Assembly (NCBI GenBank): GCA_951406725.2 | Contig: OX597814.1 | Location: 105,028,001-105,092,000 of the forward strand | Direction: 5' to 3' | DNA from: Octopus vulgaris | Lineage: Eukaryota | DNA length: 64,000 nt | Shown: piece by piece, positions 55,930-64,000 of the stretch | How the letters are laid out: the number at the start of each line of letters is the position of its first letter | Position numbering within the stretch: the stretch's first letter is position 1 | Program-made: the position numbers and the translations under genes | Notes under the pieces: generated by a model | Databases searched by the model: none | Seen by the model: only the letters and a program-made list of their open reading frames with translations | What the model was told of the DNA's origin: nothing

Positions 55930-57770
55930 CTTTTCTACAACTTTCTTATTTGGTTGATTTCTTTAAAAACTCCCTTTTTGGAAGATATCCACATCTCCAT
56001 TGTGTAGATTTCTGAATTCTACAAGGTAAGGCACTGAAGAGTTGCGGGCCTTTGAAACCTAATCTGGTGTAATACCTGGTCCTGACTTTACACGAGGTGG
56101 ACGATACCTTTGGTACAGCACAATTGTGTCCGGTTCTGGCAATTGTATAACACTCGATGCTGAAATTAGCTCTAGCCATTCAAGAATTTCCCATATATAG
56201 ATTATTAGATATTGTTACGTCTGCACTCCAGTGGGTAAAGTCGTAGTTTCTCCACCTCTTGTAGTTCATCTGCCGCACTGTTACAAACTTTTTCTAACTG
56301 TAGTCCAGGCGGCTAAGAACATGATCAGCATGACTTCTTGGTCTCTTGTTTTGAGGCCCCTTTGTACCCATCCTTCCAACTGTGTGTACTTTATGCCATC
56401 TTGGAAATGATGCATCAGTTACACATACTGATCCCCAAATACCTCACTCTCTGGGACTCTGGCAGAACAATCAGGTCCTGTACAAATAGGTTGTGATGCT
56501 TTTGTGAGCTGATAGTGCAATACTTAAAGTTTTCCAGCATTTAATTCAGTTCACTTCTATATCGCATTTAGGCTCCGACGTAAGCTTGCAACATCGACAC
56601 GCCTATGATAATTTCGTACCATCTGCGTTGTTATGGACAATGGTTGTCTGAGTAACTGTGGGCATGTGCAAAAGAGCTAATATAAACAGTAATGGCTCCC
56701 AAGAGAGTCCCCTTAAGTGATATCACTCAAATTTGTGCTTCCTTAAGGAGGGCATCATTGGTCTCAACTGCCTGAGTGTTATGTTTTAGGAAGACATGAT
56801 GTCACACGTTTTAGTTCACCAGCAATGTTAAGTTTGTGACATGCCATGCCATGTTCTACCTTATCAAAGACCTTTCGAAGTCAAGAGATCTCACGTTTGA
56901 ATGGTCGACAGCTGCTTCTGATCTTACTGACTTACTTGCGGCAGCAACTTTCACCAGGGTTGGGTTGAGCCGGCTCCGACCAACGGCTTCCCTGACGAAT
57001 GCTGACCGCATCTGATGTTCGTCCATAGTATAGGAAAGGAAGCGCATCGGAAAGCGCCGACGCCTTAGCCGTAGTCGTCGTTCGTTGATGAGGTCTGTGT
57101 TCAGAATTTCAGTGGGAGTACAAGTCCACATGTGGTCCTCGATCGCACGCATACACACTTTCGGATAGTGTGATCCGTAGCAGCGGCTCACCTTGCCGTT
57201 GATTATCGATCGACGCCGATTATCGGAGTAGACGTAGCCTGGATTCGAAACAGGTTCTATATACATGTCTCAACAAAATCTAAGGGGTGACACTCTGCCA
57301 GAGTCTTTCAGTACGCTGGATACCAACCTAGAATTTTTGAGGGCCCGTGCTGTTGCTGGATAGTCGTTGAGCCTATACTCGGTTCATCCAGCCTTTTGAC
57401 AGGTTTTGTTTTTAGTTCTGCTGGATTTCTAGCAAACTTCATTACTCGGCAATCCTAGTGGACGACTCGACTATGCACAGATCGTACTGGATTCTATGCT
57501 AGCAGTAGCACTCATGACAGACCTCAAAAGTGACCTGACTAAATTATATTGCGGAAGAGCCCTGTGAAGTAGCCTATCCCTAACAGAAACTGAGGATCGT
57601 CCAGTAAGTCATTTTCTTCGAGGAATCTTACCAGTTTCTCTCTGTCAATTCGTTTCCTGACTTTGCTGATTTGTGAAGTCAGAGGGATGGGCTCTGCACC
57701 CGACCTTATGAATAAGGGGTATTATGTCTTCCTTTAGCTTTTTCGGAGGCTTGCCACTTGTAAAGATAAA
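55930..57770 (-). mobile_element. Highly decayed CR1/L2-like LINE RT fragments, with a GC-rich insert at about 56930-57270
   Basis: Residual DFERSLIR (DF.KAFD-like), a G.LLG...LF segment and the C-terminal LGFKGPQLFSALP. Confidence 0.45.
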
Positions 57771-58035
57771 TCTATATCATTTCAGGAGAAAGGTATAATT
57801 TACAGAATCGTGGAATAAATTAACAGAACGCAAAACGGAAAATAGACGATGAAAGCAACATTAACATGTAGCACATGTTTCGTTATTGCAATATAATTCA
57901 TGGAGTGGTTTATCTCACTAAGATGGGGTTTTATTTAAACACGCACACGCACACACACACACACGCACATACACGCGCGCGCGCGCACACACACGCACAT
58001 ACATACATACATACATACATACATACATACATACA

Positions 58036-58066
<31 letters not shown>

Positions 58067-58129
58067 GCCTACAGAGAGGGAGAGAAAGACAGCGAAAGTG
58101 ATAGAAAGATAAATAGATAGACAGATACA

Positions 58130-58278
<149 letters not shown>

Positions 58279-58741
58279 GTGTGTAGACTGGTTGGTTGGA
58301 AGGAAAGATACGAATCTCCATTCTTTCTGTTTCCCTCTCACTTTCTCTCTCTCTCCCTCTCACTCGCTCTCTAACTCCTCCTCTCCCTTTCTGTATAATA
58401 GCACACACACATTCTTATCAACATGACAACAGTATTATGTCTGTTTTTGTCTGTGTATGTAGGGAAAATGTATTTATACAAACACGACTTTCTCAACACG
58501 GCAGCTAAAAGTTCAATGTCAAAGCTACCACTTTTGGAAAAAGATATTTCTTATTTGAAATAACTGTATCTTAACTAAATGTCTTTGATGATTTTGTTGA
58601 GAAATGTGTGCTCATAACTCCACCCCCACATAAAGATAATACTATTTTAATGTTTGTGTGTGTATCTAACTGTGAGTGGAAACGCGTCATTTTACATAAA
58701 GAGAAATGTAGGAGAGATGGATGGATACATAGATAGAAAAG

Positions 58742-58872
58742 TTTACATTTGACGGATATTTGTCCTCATCTTGTTTGTTGTTAGCACAACGTTTCGGCTG
58801 ATCACCCCGGCCTTCATCAGATGTCTTCGGGAAATTTCGAACCTGGGTTCTCATTCCTAAGGTATTTTTCGA

Positions 58873-58948
<76 letters not shown>

Positions 58949-59206
58949 GTTGTTTTTGTTGTTGCTGCTGTTGTTGTTGTTGTTATCATTATTATTATTA
59001 TCATCATCATCTTCATTATCATTATTCAGGTCACTGCTTGGAATCGAACTCGGATTCTTGGGGTTAGTAGCCCGCGCTCTTAACCAATACGCCATATGCC
59101 CAGGTTCGAAATTTCCCCAAGACACCTGATGAAGACTGGAGGGTATATCAGCCAAACGTTGTCTTAACAGCAAACAAGATGAGGACAAATATCCGTCAAA
59201 TGTAAA
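58742..59206. mobile_element. Palindromic element: about 107-bp hammerhead-bearing inverted arms around (ATT)n and a tRNA-like Pol III head
   Basis: Arms 58742-58847 and 59099-59206 are reverse complements. The left arm (minus) reads CTGATGA-A-GGC...GCC-GAAACGTT; the right arm has lost the G of GAAA. A tRNA-like segment lies at 59026-59101 (-) with TGGCGTATTGG and GAGTTCGATTCC boxes. Confidence 0.75.
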
Positions 59207-61057
59207 TAATCTAAATAACTCCACATCTCTTTAATAAAGAACTGTAAGATAGAATAGTGTTGAGAAAAATGTGTGTATACATACACGCGCGCGCTCCCAC
59301 CGCACACACACACACACACACACACATACACACACACATACACATACATACCCACAAAGGGAGAGGGGGGATAAGCTGCGAAGCAAAGTGCGAGTTGCGT
59401 TACAGACGAACAGACTTCACAAAAAAGATAGTAATGGTTTCAAAATGGCCGTTTAATCTGAAAAGCAAATTTTATAAACTGCAACAGTCATCTTAAAAGC
59501 TGTGAGAGAGCTAACATCTGTTGTTTAGACTTCTGGAAATATAAGGATTTCCCAAATGTTTGTTACGCTACAGTCAATGGTTAACAGGGCGGTGCGATGA
59601 TTATTTAATACACCAAAGACATTTAACTACTGATAGTATAACATTTTTACAGTAAAAGGATTTATCTAAATTTTAAGTTGAATCCAGTGTTATCCATATT
59701 TAGTTGACTCCAGTATCGTTTCATATTTGTTGGGTGGTAAATAATAAAGTGAGAGCTTTAACGTGGCTAATTTCACTCTAAAGAATATCTACGGACGTTT
59801 TTTCTGCAAGTTATAAGAATTTAGAAACTTCGTGAGATATGAAGCTAATTATTTTTAACCGAGCTGCAAGGAGATAAAGTTATAAATAGCATGTAATTTT
59901 TGACAAAATATTTCTTGGATGGAAAAATAGTTGAAAGCTAGCCTTCATCCAACAAAATTTCAGAGCATTATTGGCAGACAGCAATGAGAAATTCAAGAAA
60001 TGTTTGATGAGCAAAGCCACAAAAAAGATTTCAATATGCATGTAAAAATAGATATAGACAATGGTTATTTACAAGACAGAAAATGAAGCAAATATAAAGA
60101 TAGATAGACAGCAGTTTGGTCAAGAAAATAGAAAAAGAAACTTCAAGTATTTAAGCCAAATAATATAACAAGAAGATCGCTGTGTAGAAGACTTTACTGA
60201 AAGTATAAGTAACATTAAAAAGAGCATTTATAAGACTGGAAAAGATCTCCACCTCCAAAAAACATAATACTGCACGTAAAACTGAGGCTAGTAAACTGTG
60301 AAATTATACTAATTGTCCTCTGCAGGGAAGAAATTTGGACAATATATAGAGCAAAGAAAAAGAAGAAAGATGCCTCACAGATCTGATATGTTCTCAGATT
60401 TGGCAGAATAACCTGAAAAGAGAGGGAAACAAATGCTGCAGTTTTAGAAAAGATGAAAGTATAAACACACCTTCAGTCGAGAATCAAATTCCAAAAAGCT
60501 ATTTTATGTTGTACAATGTACCATAAGTCATTGCCCAAGGCTATCTTGAGTGAAATGAAAAGTAGAGGCCGTCAAAGACGTTTGTGAATTGATGAAATCC
60601 AAGAACAGACCAAAAGTATAGGCCTGAATGATGCGTGCAAATTGCTCAACACAGAGAAAATTAGTTTTGGGGTGCCGACGTCGCGACAAAGAAGAGATTA
60701 TGGTTGATGGCTAATGATGCAACATTTTGTGAGACACATTCACATTATAATCAGAGGCCATTTCAACATCAAGACAAGTTTTCTAAATTATTCGATACCT
60801 GTAGAATGGAATCTATAACAAATGTAGCTACGTGACCATCTCTGGAATACAGGATTACGTGAGTGCATTTAAAAGATTTTGCTTGACATTTTAAAATTTA
60901 AAACACTCTAATAACAATAACCATTTCAATATCATTATTTCTAAAGAACAGCAAAATAATATGGAATTTTATTAAAGCTATTACGGGAAATATTCTGCTT
61001 CTGAAGAACGTTGCAGTATATTCTACAAGTAAAAGAATCGGCAATTTTGGAGAGATT

Positions 61058-61989
61058 ATGCATTTAATTTAGACAGCTTTACAACTTACTGCAGCTATTA
61101 TTACAGAGTATTACAGTTTGTGATGGGATTGTGCGAAGACTTTCCTCAATATCCTAATAACTGTAAACATAACTCCGGCCATACGGCATGTTTACCAAGG
61201 TCGCTAAACTTGATAGAGTCATTGGAAGTGGATAAATTTGATAAGAGATTGATTCTGTTTTTGCATAACAAATATCGGGGAGATATTAAACCTGGAGTCT
61301 GTGCTATGTTTCGATTGAAATGGGATGCGGAACTTGCCTTTCTTGCACTGAAATGGGCAAACTATTGTGAATATGAGAAAAGTAAGAGAGAAAATAATAA
61401 TGTACCCGGCAAATATAGTTTAGTCCCAAAAAAAAAAGGCTTAGCATACACTTCTTGGGCTTCAGTGGTGCACGCATGGCATTCCGAAATAGAATCATTT
61501 AATTATTCTAATCCAGAAGACGATGGCGCAGATTCATATAGAAATATGGTTCGTAGCACCACTCTCCTCGTCGGATGCGCAGCGTCGGTATGTTCCAATG
61601 TAGGGATGCTTCATGTTCGCAACTATGCCCCCGTGGAAGATACAAAAGCCCCTGTTTATAAAAAATGTTACGGACCCTATAAAACAAAGGATTGTGGTGA
61701 CGAGATTTGTTATAATGGTGGCTATCTGTATCCTACTAACTGTTCATGTATATGTTTAGACTTTGTTCATATAACTGGTCACCATTGCGAACTGAACTGT
61801 TCATATTCTGATCCAATTGACCCTTGCACAACAATAAACATATCACTATGTGCAAATAAAGAGACAAAATATAAATGTCCCTGGTTGTGCAATCAATGTG
61901 GCATCAATTACTCTTCGAGGGATATTAATCTTGACTCCTTTGTCCTTGTACATATACTAATATTAATATACATAATTTTGTTCATGTAA
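61058..61989 (+). pseudogene. CAP/CRISP-like paralogue 3, probably disabled
   Basis: The homologous ATG (61058) reads ATG CAT TTA ATT TAG, and about 32 extra nt put it out of frame. The body (61120-61989) is open and very close to paralogue 2, but QNIG is replaced by KKKG and VCNY by VRNY. Confidence 0.75.
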
Positions 61990-62148
61990 GATGGTCTTTC
62001 ATTCTGCAGTTTGTGTATATTGGTGAGGAATTGACATCGTTCCATTTTATATGTCTGCAATGACATTCATGTTCCGCTCTTCCGTCATCCATAAAATAAT
62101 TGAAACCTATAAAGAAGAGAAAGAAACGGAAATGTTATATAATAAATA

Positions 62149-62539
62149 CTAGACGTATCGCCCGGCATTTCTCGGGTTTGTTTCGACCCTTTAGAATTGG
62201 AATTTTTGAAAAGTAAAAATTTTGCATTATGTAGCTTTTTATTCTCTGTAAGTGAACATTTTTCTGGTTGAAATACACCGAAAAATGGCGACACAGCAGT
62301 CAAAAAATCGTAAAAAGTAGGGATTTTCATAGAAAAAAAAGCACGTTTTTGATGTAAATAATTTTTGGTGCTAACATGGTCCGATTTGAATTTTTTCTTC
62401 TACGGAAAGAAGAGCAATCCTTTTTCTATCATACTTTCAGTTTTGGTCAACTTGTGCCGCAGGGTCTTGGAGGATATAGTGTTAGTTGAAGGCTACCAAA
62501 CCTGCCGCACACAGACAACTTCAGCTTTATATAGAGAGA
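62149..62539 (-). mobile_element. Non-autonomous Helitron
   Basis: Minus strand reads A|TCTCTCTATATAAAG ... hairpin CCCGAGAAATGCCGGG ... CTAG|T, with no TSD. Confidence 0.8.
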
Positions 62540-62957
62540 TTAAGGATTGACTGTATTTCAGGCGATCGGGCTTCTAGCAGGTTGTTCACGTGACATGAAA
62601 CTTACTTTGTTAATCGAAAAGTTTGTTTGTGTAGAGGATATCGATAATCGGTAGGGGCGAAGAAAGAAAGAAAATTACTCCCACCAATTATCAGGATTTG
62701 TGACAAGGATTTGTCAGAAGGGGGATAATTACAGACATATTCCTTAAAGGAAACTTATATCAATTTTCATTGCAATTTATACATCAAATTAGGGATTGAC
62801 AGTAATCTGTTATAATGCGAGATTACAATTTACAATTTATTTCCGTTAATATAAAGAGCTAAAACAATTATATCAGATCTTATATATCCGTCTCAAATCC
62901 CATCACACAACGTCAAATGTATGTTACATTTGGAAGTAACGAACGACGATACAGCCA

Positions 62958-63179
62958 AGGCGGTCAGCTGGCTGAATCGTTAGCACTCCGGGCGAAATGC
63001 TTAGCGGTATTTCGTCTGCCGTTACGTTCTGAGTTCAAATTCCGCCGAGGTCGACTTTGCCTTTCATCCTTTCGGGGTCGATAAATTAAGCACTAGTTAC
63101 GCACTGGGGTCGATGTAATAGACTTAATCCGTTTGTCTCTCCCCTCTATGTTTAGCCCCTTATGGATAATAAGGAAACA
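62958..63179 (+). mobile_element. SINE family B, full length
   Basis: 10-bp TSD GATACAGCCA (62948-62957 and 63180-63189); B-box-like GAGTTCAAATTCC. Confidence 0.92.
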
Positions 63180-64000
63180 GATACAGCCACATGCCTATAA
63201 AGTATGTACCGTTGTGGTTAGTGAATTTAATGTTGTAAATATGAATGGTTGTCGTATGAAGGCATAACTTGGTGTCATACTTATGAAAATGCATATTGTA
63301 TGAACGAGTATCCTATGTAAACAACATTCCTTATACGACCAAATATATTGAGGGCTTATTAGGCTAAACTGTGTTTTAGTTTTTGTTTTAGCAGCACGAT
63401 TCCGTCACCTTTCAGTTTATCTCTATCATTTGTTTTATACTCAACGTTAACTGGGGAATTTCTGAGGAAGATTCGGCGACAATTATGTTAATACCGTGCT
63501 TGACCTAGGGTAGCCATAAACATTGAGCGTGCTTTATCGGCGTACTTCTAGGAATATAGTCAACAGTTAAACATTAACTTATACACATATATATGTATAC
63601 ATATAGTGATGCAAACAGGGAAAATATAGCTCAAAATATGTATATATACATATTTTTAATAATATTTAGCAGAAGTAACAGAGTGACTCAAGGTCCAAGA
63701 GTTTCGTGCGTTAGCACTTTTCAAACTGGTAAGTTTGAGAAATGCCAACCACGGCTTTTGAGTCACTTTGTTGCGTCTACTAAATTTAAGTAAAAATACG
63801 CACACACATTTATATATACACACAGACACACTCACACACACACAAACACATATATATATATATATATGTGTGTGTGTATGTATATATATATACATACATA
63901 CATCATTAGCTGCGGAGGTCGTGGAAGAGACCCTGTGAGTCGTTTGAGACAAACCCCTCCAGAGATGGTGGCCTTCATAAAAAATACTGGTGATTCTGAC

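Noticed and set aside
56856-57266. 136-aa minus-strand ORF
   Set aside because: It spans a junction between a LINE remnant and a GC-rich insert (faint gag-like resemblance only); not a credible gene.
59026-59101. Functional tRNA-Ser(ACT) gene
   Set aside because: The acceptor stem does not pair, there is no long variable arm, and it sits inside a repeat; treated as a SINE-like head.
59700-60720. A-rich segment with faint LINE-like character (likewise 53180-53680)
   Set aside because: No motif could be read with enough confidence to classify it.

Overview
This is AT-rich, microsatellite-dense eukaryotic DNA, most likely from an octopus. That assignment is inferred from the recurring tRNA-derived SINE families, the repeat landscape and the molluscan-type CAP proteins. 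The only convincing host genes are three single-ORF CAP/CRISP-like cysteine-rich paralogues (38.3, 49.6 and 61.1 kb; the third probably disabled) and one orphan 310-aa ORF (18 kb). The rest is mobile DNA: a near full-length L1/Tx1 LINE with three decayed relatives, stacked R4/Dong RLE retrotransposons in (TAA)n, an IR-DR Tc1 element, a Chapaev3-like transposase remnant, RTE and CR1-like fragments, a Neptune-type Penelope fragment, a non-autonomous Helitron and many SINEs. The most interesting signal is a set of non-coding, palindromic or tandem elements carrying hammerhead ribozyme (HHR) motifs. The best case is a young 490-bp retrozyme-like unit at 35.2-36.5 kb with complete type I HHRs on both strands. 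Others are a tRNA-promoter plus HHR palindrome at 58.7-59.2 kb and families with variant cores (U3-A8, U4C). All folds and alignments were done by eye; none were computed or searched.
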